From Octopus sinensis (lineage: Eukaryota), in assembly GCF_006345805.1 (NCBI RefSeq), contig NW_021836129.1, positions 315,332 through 379,331 on the forward strand: DNA of 64,000 nucleotides. The letters are read 5' to 3'. Numbering within the stretch: the first letter of the stretch is position 1; the number at the start of each line of letters is the position of its first letter. The position numbers and the translations under genes were made by a program. The notes under the pieces were generated by a model that saw nothing but the letters and a program-made list of their open reading frames with translations, ran no database searches and was not told the origin of the DNA. This document shows, one piece after another, positions 14,373 to 26,738 of the stretch.

Positions 14373-14838
14373 TCACAACCGACCCATTTTGGCAAACGCA
14401 AAAATCTTAAGAGATACATAGGACAGGAAGGCAGCAAGTAATCCGAAAGTAGCGAGAATCGCCTTTCTCTGTGAACTATACATGCCACTATAAGCAGTAT
14501 TCAATGAAAGGAATCCAACTGCCCCGAATACGACCATGAATGAGGAGGCTAACCCTTCAATTACATATTGATGTTGTATTCCATTGGCTGTGCTGAATGT
14601 CTCCATCACTCTCCGTCCATTCTTGTCCTGTCTGACTCCCATAGCTGGGGGATCATTGGCTATGATGAAGAATAGGCCTGTTTAGTTAGATTGGGGGACT
14701 CACCTCCGATTATGAGGGCATATATGGCCACCACTAGACCAAACACGTGGTAGTATTTCAAATTTTCCAGAGGTCTTGGTTGGTGGAGTCGTAGGGGGGT
14801 ATGTTGAGTAAGGAGGGTAGAATGGAGTATGGCCACAT
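14373..14838 (-). CDS. OSTC: Oligosaccharyltransferase subunit OSTC/DC2
   Basis: IIGGLFFIIANDPPAMG...QYVIEGLASSF matches DC2 (EPPSVG...QYIMEGLASSF); one 26-nt intron; indel near the 5' end. Confidence 0.8.
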
Positions 14839-15187
14839 CACCACAAAGAACGATTGTTTAGTTTATTCGTCACTTAAATTTATTTGTTATTATTTAAATT
14901 AATTTTAAACTAAACCAAATTAAACTAAATTTACATTATTTTATTAATAATTTTCTTATTGTTCAATTATTTTGTTAATGCTTTATGCTGCGACATATAC
15001 TGGCATGAGAGCAAACTAAACTTTTTGTGCGATTAGCTTATTTGTGTCTGGTCTAGTTGGAAGGTGATTTCACTGTCAAGAATGAGATTATCCAAAAAGT
15101 CATTCGAAATTGTGAAGTTCGCAAATTTTCGCGTCCTTTAAAATTTCGAGATTTTTTTAACTGTAGATTGGAGATATAAATCTTCAT

Positions 15188-15480
15188 ATGTTTGCTTCTT
15201 GTCCAAATGAACGTTTTCAAATAGACATGATAGATCTGAAAAGATTTTCAAAACGGTCATTTGACAATTATATTAGGTTGGTTTTTTTAATTTTTTATAG
15301 ATTTGCATTTGCACGGCCACTCTATAATAAGTCTGGTAAAGAAGTGTGTCGAAACTTAAGATATTTGATTCGCCTAACTTAATTATGCAAATTTCTTCAG
15401 TCAAACAAAAGGTCCGAATGTAAAAATAAAGAAATAACACATAGATTAAAAAAATAGTTAGCCAAATTTTTTTCTTTGTG
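15188..15480 (+). mobile_element. rve integrase fragment (Ginger/KRBA2-like)
   Basis: PNERFQIDMIDLK...FAFARPLYNKSGKEV integrase core motifs; broken. Confidence 0.65.
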
Positions 15481-15559
15481 GTTTTAATAAAATGAAATAT
15501 ATTGAAATTATTCCTAGTTCAAAGTTAATGTAACAGGCTGCCCATATGTATCGCATGGC

Positions 15560-16030
15560 CCATGATAAAATACACTTGCACTGCAGTGGTATGCATATAG
15601 TAGAAGTTCCAACCATCGGACAGTGACAGGAATTCATTCTTATACTTGAATACTGCTGGGAGAGGAGACACGAGTCGTCCTCACAATTTTAATACAATAC
15701 TTGCGTGACTTCCCGACTAATTGCTGTGTCGTTATTTCAACAATAATTGAATAGGTATACTGAATGGAATAATGACCTAAGATAGCGTCAACAAATAGTC
15801 TTGCAATGAACGAGTTAAACAGAAAATTGGCTGATAATGTGACAATTTTGACTATAAAAAGCTTATTTGGTGTCATAGCACGTCGATCACCATTTCCAGT
15901 ACGTTGCACACATGTCAACCATTAGTCTCTATGTGACTTTCCAAAATAGCATGAATATTTAATTGATGTACCAGACCAGAAGAGATAGGAACTCTCGCCA
16001 GAGTCTAGCTATGACTTTTACCTCAATTTA
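15560..16030 (-). pseudogene. TRRAP: TRRAP-like segment C (around human aa ~2550-2640)
   Basis: IARLWREFLS vs FPRLWKILS, RLFVDAI vs NCFVEAM, LPAVFKY vs RPCVLKY; frames not fully resolved. Confidence 0.4.
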
Positions 16031-16736
16031 GTTTTGGGATCTTTTCGCTGTGTTCTTCTAGACTCTAAAAAATAATCTTCATTTTGTTTAGTGGAGTATT
16101 CACGAATAATGTTTCATTTAATTTTATTGATGACTAATAACAATTTTTATTGATGCATTCAATTCTTGAGATAATTTTTATACAATTAAATGATGCCGAT
16201 GTAAAATACAATGAATTGAAGTGGATATTGGTGATTTTTGTTACAAAAAAACTAAAAAAACCACTATATTTTCCAACCTAAATAAGATTTAAACATTTTG
16301 AATATTGACAATCCTGTAGTATCCCTGACTAAAGATTTTGTAAAAAATAACTTTTCTTGCAAAATAGAATCATCATCGAAATATCTATAAAAAATTAATA
16401 CCTCACGAATAAACAAAAATAAAAACTGAACAAGCATTTTCTCACGAATTTATTATGAAACAATATCTAAAAATAACTTCTATTGATTTAAAACATTAAA
16501 TAAAGTATTGTTAATTTTTTAGTTTTTCTAAAAAATATTATATTTATACGGTTTTTCATTCATTGATTATATTTATACATTTAAAACTGACGACAACTGA
16601 TTCGTCAAGTTGGATTGAAAACTGAGAAATAAATCAAGGATTGTTCAATTTCATCAATTCTTCTTATAGTGTCGTTGCTTAATGAAATAGTCTTCAAAAA
16701 TCTTTTTGTAAGATGTCGTTTATAAATAAAATACAG

Positions 16737-19700
16737 GACGAGGATGCCTGCTTTCAGCGTAGTGTCCCAACTAATGTTCAGTCACGAATTCCGTTTCCTA
16801 CAAAATGCGGTTTTTGGTGAAGGATGCGGAGAAGGAGACCGATTGTGGGAGATGCAGTAGACTTAGGATGGAGTTTGATCAACTACGTGCGGAAATGACT
16901 TGATCAAGACCCAACTCAAGTCACGTACGTCCAACGGGAGTAGAAAGGCTGATGTGAGGATTGGTTTGTATGGACTGAGTAGAAACAATTGACTGAAATG
17001 GTCGTTTGGACGAAAATGAACGATTGACAGCAGAGAATGACAGATTGTGTTCAATGCTTTTTCAGAGTCAGTAGTTTATTTAATTATCCTTTTTTTGAAT
17101 AGTGGATACTTTATTTTTATGCTGTTTCTGGTTATTTTCACATTTCTCAATTAAGTTGGGTTAAATAGACAAAATTTGATGTTTTAATTGAAATCCATAA
17201 ATCATCACTTTTTTGTTCCTCTGTTTGATCTTAAAGTGGTTAGCTGTCTCATGAATAGACCATATTGTTTACAAAATCGATTAGAATCAAATAAAAGGTT
17301 AAGTATTGACCATTTTTCACTTTAATCTACAACAGGCAGTTCACAATTGTTTTTCCAATAATTATTTATACCAGGCATCCACCAATTAGACTGGTTCTTA
17401 GAGGGACAAAGTAATAATTTAACTTTTCGCAGTACACTACGATTGGTCAGACTCTCGAAGCAGCGTTTCACTAAAGAATGGCCAGAGAAATCACAACGTT
17501 TCCGAGAACCTTTTCTTCTTAACTCTTAGTTTTGATTAAATTTCAGTAAATCATGGTTAATAAGTTGAACTTACCTTTCAAAATCAGCTGTCCACAAAAA
17601 CAGCCAGTGACGAGTTTGAGTTGGACCGGAGCGTTTGTTATCGTGCGACCAATGTTCGGTTAATCTGTGTGCCTTTTTTCCCAATTCAATTATGATGTTT
17701 TCGCTTTTAAATGTTCAATCAAACGAAACAATTTCATTGCCTTCATTCGAAAATATTTTACCACATTGAAGACAAAGTGGTTTTTTTTCTTTATTTTTTC
17801 AAAGACTATCGACCTCTAACTTGAGATTTTAATTTTTCAAATATTAAGAATCAACCATCGCCAACCTGTCTGAATAAATCGCCACCTATCAACACAGTCA
17901 CTGATTATTATTATTATTATTTAAAGACCAAACACGGGCAAAGCCAGTTAATTATAGTTATTCCCGTGATCGCCGATCCAAACGAGGGAGATCCTTCTGA
18001 AAGGTTCAATCCTTCCCGCAAGATCGGCCTGAGACGACAATGTCCCAGGGTCTGGGAAGCTAAGAGTCTATTTTCGGTGTGCATTAAGTGCCTCCTGAGC
18101 GTTGCCATATCCGGAGGAATTTCCAACTGACATGGTGGACCCCGTAACGCCACGCTAAGCCCGGAAGGTAAGAGATCCCCATTTCCAACTGTGTCGTGCC
18201 AGAAGTACTCGTTGCCTCACGGGCAGGGAAACGATAACGAGAATTTGCCCCAGGATGAAAACTGGCCTCCTTCGGAATCGAACTCACGACCGTCCAAATC
18301 CATTATCCATAGCTTAGTCTTCAGCCAAGGGGACTGATGGAATGAATGGTCTTTGTTTTTACTTACATTTCCCACAAAGAGCTCAAAGATTTTTAAAATA
18401 GGCTTTTCTTTAATCTACCAGTTGACCGAAACTGGAAATTTTGTTTCTGTCTTTGTTCTTAAATCTCCGTTGGGTCCAATCTTAATTAGTTGGCAAAATC
18501 CGAGTTGACGGTCACCTTGAAGATGAAATATATTTTTCATTTAGCACTCTTCTCCGGTCTTCGGAATGCTTTGATATTTTCACAATTCATTTTTTCAAGA
18601 TTTATATGACTCAATCAGCGAGGTCCTTGATGTATGTTTATTTGTAGAATGGCATCCAGTCCATTAGGAGCAACTGTTCAGAGATTTGTGTAGCACTCAA
18701 ATCAATTGGAGAAAGTCCCAGAATGACAAAGTAATTGGAAAATGTTCACAGTGGATACAATGTATTAAGAAGCAGATTCGTTTTGAATTTTTTGTACATT
18801 TGCTTCCATCCTGTCCATCTTACTATAAAACTCAGGAACATAAAGAATGAATCAGAAATGTGTAGAAATACTTAGCGCTTTTCACAGGAAACAACTCAGG
18901 TCATTACTATCAAATGAATACCAAGAACCAAGACTTATACTCAGTTTCTAGTGCAGAAAACCTAGAGACATTTATTACTACGGCCTGATGAGGACTCGTC
19001 GGCCACATTCTACGGATGGATCCCTCTCTTCCCGCTAATGACATTATGGAAACATACTTTCAATGTTCAGACCATTGTCGTGGGAAGCCAGGAACGACAC
19101 TACCACTGGTCATAAGTAGCGACCTAAAGCATGGCGGATTGTCACTAGAAGAGGCAGACGATCTAGACAGCCGTCAAAATCGCAATTTTGAGAAAAGCCT
19201 GGAGGTGTCTAACACAAAATTGTCCAGGGTGTGGCACAAGCGACGAGAAAATTATGACATTGCTTTTCAATGGAAGCAGATTACCGTCGAATAATATTCG
19301 ATATTTCTCCACAAATTGTGTAGTTAATCATAAATATAGACAGAAGAAAATAAGTTAGTTATTTTATGTCAAATGGATTTCCATGATTATAAACATTTGA
19401 CAACAAACTCAGAGAACGAACAACTTATGCACGAAGAGTATAATGGATGACAGATTCTTCATGTTCTGTTATTTGCACGTGGTTTATTTAAGACAATTAA
19501 TAATCAGACATCAGAGATTGTTCAATCATGTGATTGGATGACTGTTTTCTTGCTTTGTTGGCGTGATTTCTAATATCGGAACCTCTGAGAATGTTTTTGT
19601 GTGCCTAATTAACTGATAGATGTCAATGGAGCACAGGAAACTGGCGATGGACCTCATTGAAATGATCATAAAGTGGATTCGGGATGATTCCATTCAGGTC

Positions 19701-19960
19701 CTCTCTTCCTGTCATTTCTTGTAATCGACTCCGCGAAATATTCCCAAACATAATTAAAACGAAATTCTAAAGTATATGATTCGTTTTTCCTACCCTTTTG
19801 AGAATTCGGGTTTATTTTGGTTATATTTTGCAGATTTGATGTCTGGATTCTCTCAAGGTGTACTTAGAACCAAAGATGGCACCAATTTCTTCTGAAATAT
19901 GCGTTTAGTGGAAAGGATTTTAGAAGTTTCTATCCAAAACCAAGTTTACTTAATCGAGAA
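16737..19960 (+). pseudogene. TRRAP: TRRAP-like segment B1 (about human aa 1400-2080); begins at a splice acceptor with no ATG; in-frame stops
   Basis: Collinear motifs QRSVPTNVQSRI vs YRSLTLNVVNRL, YVRK*LD vs HLRKWME, FREP/LIKF vs FREPLIKF, NWRK vs NWKE, SMEA vs AMEA, EHRKLAMDLIEMIIKW vs EQRRLAVDLSEVVIKW; micro-introns. Confidence 0.7.
17904..18340 (-). mobile_element. Probable 3' end of a non-LTR retroelement with (TAA)n tail, inserted in TRRAP segment B1
   Basis: GC-rich island ending in (taa)6 on the minus strand at 17904-17922. Confidence 0.4.
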
Positions 19961-20120
19961 CAATTTCAACTTGAAAGTGTTTTAATTAAAATGACAGTCA
20001 ACTTAATAAAAAGACAACTCAATACAAAAAACCGACAAAATTTTTAACGTCCCTATAAGAATAAATATTGTCTTTGATCAATAAAATGATTGTTTATAAC
20101 AAATGAAAGTAAAGAAACAA

Positions 20121-20835
20121 CTAAAGAGTAAGTTTGCAGAGTTTGGCACTGGACGTTCTCTGAAGTGCATCCTCATTGGGCTAACCATAACCACAGAATC
20201 ATACCTCGTAGGATATCTTAATCTCTGGTGGAATGCCAAGCATTTCCTTAAGCTGCAGACTAAACATAAATTAGATAAAAAACCCGATATTTTTGACAAT
20301 TTCTACCGACTTTTGGCAGTTTGTCCACAAAGTCAATTTGTTGGCATGACGTCGGACATTTATGGTGATTCCGTTAATGCTGTCCGTCAGTTCGTCAAAC
20401 GAGTCCCGAATAAGTTCCATCGTCTTAAATCACACCGTAAAATCACCAGCAATTCCCAGAGCTTGTCACTCTTTGTATTGTCGGTGTCCTTACTGACGAT
20501 TATACTCCAGAAGCCCCCCTTTGAGTTGGCGCTGTGTTCCCACATTGGAGGAATCCCCGTCTAATCCAGTCAGAGTGGTAAGATTGCCTTAAAGAGACAA
20601 ATATCACTTCCCACTGTCATTTCCGACACCAGTTTTAAATTGTTAAATGCCCTAACAGGTCATCAGGTTAGCCAACATCCAATATTCCTCGACTGATTCA
20701 AAAGTGCAGAGGATTTTCATTCGGTCTTTGTAGTCCATGCGGCGATCTGCGTCTATTAACCAGAATGTCCAGCTCGTGTTAAGTGGGTGGTAGTCTTCAG
20801 AATCAGACTAGCATTTAGCGACCACAACACACCAT
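20121..20835 (-). CDS. EIF4E: Cap-binding translation initiation factor eIF4E, 6 introns of 23-27 nt; missed by the ORF track
   Basis: Spliced, indel-free translation M|SDSEDYHPLNTSWTFW...FESVEEYW...LFK|TGIPPMWEHSANSKGGFW...DKLWELL|...NVRRHANKLTLW...KISYE|...; all eIF4E hallmark motifs. Confidence 0.92.
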
Positions 20836-21759
20836 TCAAAAACAGCAATCAAAATTCAAATTTTTTGAAATAAAATAAGCCAGAATACAACAAAGTTTTA
20901 ATCATAATTTTAAGCTAAAAAGTGAAAGAACTGCTAAAACGAGAAATAATGAATTATTATTAACACGAAATTGAATAGGTTCTATCTTCGTCGACTTGGA
21001 CCTGACCACCCACCATAACCACCTGCAGAGTCACTTCTATATAAAAAAAACTTTAAAAAAATATTAAAAACAACTTTTCTAATTGTTAGATCTTTGTTTT
21101 CCAAATGAAGGGTCTCGCGGATCTTCAGAATTATCAGAATTACGGTTCCTAGAAGGCCATAAGTTAGCATAAATTGGTTCCCGGCTCTGGAAATTAAGAA
21201 ATTGTTGCTGATAATATTCTTGTTGATATCTCCTTTGGGGATGCCCGTGATCTTCTCTTTTATATTGATTTATTGGTTCCTTAAGCTGATTTTGCTGTTG
21301 AGAAAAAGTCTCAGGGGTTACTCTGTCCACCCCAGAACTGACCCTTTCATAAACCAATAACTCTAAAAACAACGTGATTAGTCTACTTTTTGTTGATGAA
21401 AGTAAAACTGGAATTCCAATTTTAGAATTATAACATTTTTCTTCCACAAGAGTCCTTAGTGGCTCAACAAAAGCATCAATTTCGTTATTTTTTCAAGTCT
21501 AATTTTAAACAAAGTAATAACTTTTATACTTGGAGATCAACATGGATCTATAGTGAAGTCCAGTCTTCTAAGAAGCAGTTCTTTTTTATGCTGATAGTCC
21601 ATTTGAAAAAGTTTAGTCAATCTTCTTAATGTCTTTCATTGTTTTTGTTCATGTTGCTCCGAGCTAACATTTCATTCACAAATGGATTTGATTCGGATAT
21701 ATTCAGGATAATTTTAAACTTGAAATTAAAACAAATTAAAAATCTTTTCAGTAAAAACT

Positions 21760-22660
21760 AAAAAAAACTTTTCGGTGGGGAGTTTTAGGGGTGAAATCAT
21801 TAAATTGGTAAACAATATTTAGAATGTTTAAAATCGAGATCATGATTTGTTGATAAATTTTCGACATCATCAACAAAAGCCGAAGTCTGCTTATTTGAAA
21901 TCGCCTGATCTTTTGATGGATGCAATTGTCAGAATAAGGACACAATACTGCACTGTCTTCATTCCCTCTGTCAGAGTCGGCTTGATTGTTTTGTGTTTTG
22001 ATTATCTTGCACGAGGGAATTATTTTCTTTCTCCCCAGAATTATCATTTTACTTTTCGTTGGAAAGCCATTGGAAATTTGTCGAGCTGGTTATTACCGTT
22101 TTGGGAGATCGCGAAGAACACCTAACTCATTCAAATAAATGAAAGAATAAATCGAATGTCTCAAATCTCTTTTGAGTAGTGATTAAGTAACAGTCAACAG
22201 GATTTCTCTCTCCCCTAAGCAATGCCGAATTTTACAAGCACAGGACTTTTGGACTTAGAATGTGCCGAGAATGTGCCTTTTATTGTATTTCAAAGGTATA
22301 TTCATTAATCATTTTTAGTATCTAGAGATTTTTAGCTACGACCATAAAATGGTGGAAAACATGATAAACGAGCAGTATTCAAAGATGAGCAATGTCTTTA
22401 CCACCAAGGCCGACAGCTTTGAAGTTTTCACCAACCTTGCCCATCTTTTCTTTTCTTTCATAACAGAGGCGATGATTAAGCACTTTATAGTTTAATTGTA
22501 ATGTTTACTGCCAAGATAACTCTAGAAAAGGGGTTAGACTATATTGTTAATCAGAGGGGTAGTGTGTTCTACTTTTTCGAAACAGAGGTTCCTGTTTTTT
22601 AACATTCAAAGAATTTTGCTCTGTGTCTTGAACAGTTTAGATTCTCAAAAGAGGTCTGGT
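21760..22660 (+). pseudogene. TRRAP: TRRAP-like segment B2 (about human aa 2300-2550); duplicated at ~26920-27800
   Basis: FIPSVRVGL vs LEPAFLSGL, HWKFVELVITV vs FWIKQCIELLLAV, FTNLAHL vs FVQLCHI. Confidence 0.55.
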
Positions 22661-22932
22661 CGTGAGTAGTCTTCATTATTTCCAGTTAAAATATATTGAT
22701 TCTACGCTATGATTTCCGGGGTCTTTTCAATCTAGCTAATTTGCTGCTGTGATAAAAATATTCCAATTGTTCTATTAAAATTTCTATTCCATTAATTTCG
22801 CATTTTTTACCAAAATTTTTCGATGATATGATAACCTAAAAAATCTTGCCCGAACCGGATAATTAATGAAAATTAAACAAGAAAATTATTATTAAACCAG
22901 GAAAGTGAACCCAAATAGTAATTCATTAATTA

Positions 22933-23721
22933 TTATCTAATTACATTACACAGAATATTGGTAGGTTCCGTACAATATATACGGCACATTTGATTTACAG
23001 TATCATCTTTAAAGTGCAAGTATACGTCTTGAGCAAACTTTATTACAGAAAAATTTCTAGAACATTTTCAAAAATAATACTGGCTGACACTTGTAAAAAA
23101 ATCATCTGATTCTGGGATCAAACTATAATAAGTCAACACACGCAATACGCTTTATGCTTCGCGATGGTGTGTGCACAAAATGTATTTGATGTTTGAAATC
23201 TAAGAGATTCAAATGTAACTAGAAAAACAACATAACATTAATTGATTCTGGACTATATGAGAATGGAACGAAGTATTTCTCCTTTGGCATAGTTCTATTT
23301 GAGATAAATGTGTCATCATACACGGTTGTCAACGATGCAAGATTTCCCAAAGTGTTCACGTGGATGTAGGTGAGACTACTGCAGTCTTTCAAATTTCTAC
23401 CATAATTATAGTCATTTACTCACAAAGTCTCTAGTGGGATAAAGTTACCGTTATTCCCAAAACTGGCATCTCCAAGTTGAAACAAATTTGAAGTTGCACA
23501 AGTTCTAGAAACAATAAACAGATTATCTACAAATCTGTGAGACTTTTGTGCATATCAAATTTGGTAAAAGAGTCTTCAAAAGATCTCATGCCCTTTAGAA
23601 TCATAGTTGTAAGTGTCGAAGAAAAAGAATTTTCATAATCACAGTTAGTCACCTCCGAGGTCGAGAAATCGCAAATATCTCCCGAAATGACTGAAAAGAC
23701 AAAGAAAATATAGGCCAGCAT
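22933..23721 (-). CDS. Secreted leucine-rich-repeat protein (signal peptide plus LRR), copy A
   Basis: MLAYIFFVFSVISG signal-like N-terminus; after 26- and 27-nt introns LETLNLKDCSSLTYIHVNTLGNLASLTT fits the extracellular LRR pattern; 3' end uncertain. Confidence 0.6.
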
Positions 23722-24229
23722 TTGAAGGAATTACTTATAAGTTTATTGCCATTTCAATGTTAGCCACTCAAAATAAGACAAATAATACAACTAAACTTTA
23801 CTAGAATTTTTAGATATAAACTCACGATAATAAATTTATTGAGAAAATTTATGAAGAACCATCGACGAGAATTAAAAACTTGACGAATCTGAATTAAACT
23901 TAGTCAACCTGTTCAAGACTATAAACAAACATGCAGCCTTCATTTATAACCATCACATTTACTGAATGGCATTAAGACCTGAGAGTTTGAAAAATTGCTA
24001 AAAATATTCGCCGATCTTTAATGGCAATCACTTCTTTATTTTTTTAATTTCAAGAAATAAATTCGGAAGAGACCCGGAGTCACTTAATAATAAAGAGAAA
24101 AAAGTGCCCAATCATTTTTTAGCGAATTTGAAACACAAAGCAAATTTTATCTACACCCTTTTAAAAGAATAGTACTTTTCATTAATTATCACTTTTAAAT
24201 AGTCATTTATTTGAATGCGTCGATCGTCT

Positions 24230-25346
24230 CATTTCCAACTCTCCTCTTTTGGTATTCCACAATAAAAATGACTTTATTTAGTCGTTTTGTGACGACTTTG
24301 TCTTCAACTCCTAGGGGGCAAATCGTCGTTCTAGAGAGTTGACTTACTCTTTGCTGACCAAAATAGCCACGACGCTCTCCAATTTAAGTAGGAAATGTTG
24401 AGTCGGCTACACCACTACATCCCAGATATGATGTGTTTGTCTTTGACATTTATGCACATAATATTTCTCCAAGTCATCGCCTTGTGTAATTATTGGTCTT
24501 AGTTGGACTGAGTATGTTATTTATATTCCTTATTTCATTCATTTTGAATATGACAGTGGGTGACAGTTCTGTGATGACTCAGAAAGAATTGATTAAACGC
24601 AATTTGTCGGAAAATAACAAAATACAAAATATAATCGGATCATCACAAATAAACTAGACTTGTCCCCTGAACTTATGAAACTGAACAAAATCCGAATGAA
24701 TAGCCTTAAGAAGAAACTGCTCTCCACTAATAATCCGCATATACTTGGATCCTGCAATCTGCATTAATTGATATACCACTCCCACCAGGATATCCTTTAA
24801 TAACACACACTCAAACACCTTTATAACACTCGGAATATTCCTACAACTCGCCATTTCCACATATTTCCCCACCAACACTGCACTCTCTATCCCAATCTAC
24901 CACGGAAACTCTCCACAAGTGACACCACTCGCACAAATTTCTCGGCAGGTCCAACCAAAAGGTCACTTTCACTACAATTCGACGACCTTTCAACAAGACA
25001 CTCCAGCAAATCTATAAGTTAGCCAAATTTATACTAACTGTTCATTATGAGGAATATTGACCCTTTAAACTTATCGAATTGAGCATGTTGTTTTACTATA
25101 ATAGCACTCAGCAGACTGCAGTGTCCATTAAATAGACAAAACTGGTCACTCCTTTCCCCAATAAGCATTAATAACAATTCTACCAAAGAAGGAGACAACA
25201 ACCGAGTCTAAATATATTAAATAATCAACAATTCACATATTTTAGCCCCAATAAGTAAGACAGGAAATCCAAATGTATTAACCACAGAGAACCAAGTTTG
25301 ACGACCCTCTCAATTATCTAAGGAATATAAAAAGGTGTTTTACTGA
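24230..25346 (-). pseudogene. TRRAP: 5'-truncated duplicate of the end of TRRAP segment A
   Basis: Copy of ~29300-30405 created by the tandem duplication. Confidence 0.6.
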
Positions 25347-25558
25347 CGTTATTTATAAACATATTCGTGGTCAACGAAACAAAGTTAAAGCAGGATCGGT
25401 ACGTAGTTGATGGCTACAACTGCTGTCACATACCCTGGAAAACAGGGGTCAACATGTGGCACTGGAACTAGCCTCTTCTACAAGCCGTACCTTGCTCTCC
25501 GAAGCTCAGGTTTATGTTCTTGTAGCCTATGTGAATATTGTTAATCAGAGGGGTAGTG

Positions 25559-26738
25559 GGCTATGGGAAGCTCATGATGGCTATGGGAAGCCTCATGATG
25601 TCCCGGGGGATACAGGCCCATTTCCTTGCTTCCCGCTATATCTAAAATCCTAGAAAGGATCATGCACCGAAGGCTCCTGGAGGAGCTGACGGTGGTTGAC
25701 GCCCTCCCGGAGTTCCAATGGGGATTCAGGCAGGGTCGTTCATGTGGAGATGCTTGTGGAAGGTGTCTTCCGAATGAAGAACGCCTCCAGAAAAGGGAGT
25801 GTGGTATGTTAGTTAGTCTTGACATAGAAAAGGCCTTCGACTCGGTGTGGCACGACGGCCTGCGAAGTTCCCTCGCCACGTGTGGGGTTCTCCGTGTCTA
25901 AGGCGCTGGCTGTCGGGGTCCTCGAATCTCGCGGTCAGGTCGTGCGACCCAGGGGGTCTTTTCTAAAGTCGCACAGTCCTTCGCGGGGTCCCTCAGGGTT
26001 CTGTGTGAGTCCCACACTGTTTAATATCTTTATGGCCTCTGCACCTATGCAGTCAATGCTCGTACTGGAATGGTGATCTATGCAGACGACATTATCCTCT
26101 GGGATCAGTCGATTGTGAAACAGAGTGTGCGTGTCGTAGGCTACAGGTTGCTGTGGATGAACTTGTAAACTGGTGTGGGAGTAGGGTCTAAAGATGTGTG
26201 CGGGACAAGTGCAGGTCCTTAAAGTCTGTAAAGGACGAGGGGTTACACTAATTTTATCCCTAGGTTATCGCTGGACGGGTCAGCGATCGCTGTAGTTGAT
26301 CGGACAACTTACTTGGGCGTGGTCTTCAAGCAGTCAGGTAAGTTCGATGATCACATTGCACGTACTAAAATGCGTGCAATGCAGCGATTAGGCGCGTTGC
26401 GTGCTTTCCACTTGAGGAGAGGTGCCTGGTCCGGTGTTCAACGCCATGGTGTTACCCGTGTTAACCTATGGCGTGCACGCTTGGACCTTCTGCGAGGACA
26501 GGGAGAAAGTACGTTGACGCGCTAAGGAAAGAAAGAAGTAAGAAGACGAGCCATCCGGAGCCTATGGCTTAGGATGGCGTGATGAGCTCTCCAACGCCCA
26601 GGAATTGTCCCTCAAAGGGCTCTCTGAGGTCCTAGGAAGATAATGACTGGGTGGCAGGTAAGACGGTAAGTCCTAACCTGTGGTTGTGTAGAGAGGCGAG
26701 CGTTGTGTGTGCTGGACCGAAAAGGCAAGAATGCCGAA
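25559..26738 (+). mobile_element. Jockey/I-clade LINE RT fragment at the duplication junction
   Basis: LPAISKILER, QWGFRQGRS, SLDIEKAFDSVWH, GVPQGS and YADD motifs; GC-rich; frameshifted. Confidence 0.85.

Larger units (their letters stand above)
21596..25346. repeat. Tandem segmental duplication, copy A (~3.75 kb)
   Basis: Near-identical to 26739-30405 from agtccatttgaaaaag to gtgttttactga. Confidence 0.95.

Noticed and set aside
17440-17500. Voltage-sensor S4-like motif LRLVRL
   Set aside because: It lies within the collinear TRRAP-like frame and has no flanking channel helices.
20103-20564. Plus-strand 153-aa ORF and similar ORFs (50939-51526, 56724-57143, 60030-60518, 60984-61400)
   Set aside because: Antisense shadows of real genes or elements on the opposite strand.
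20982-21447. Gln-rich gag-like ORF 21079-21447
   Set aside because: Low-complexity composition only; no zinc knuckle, protease or LTR found.
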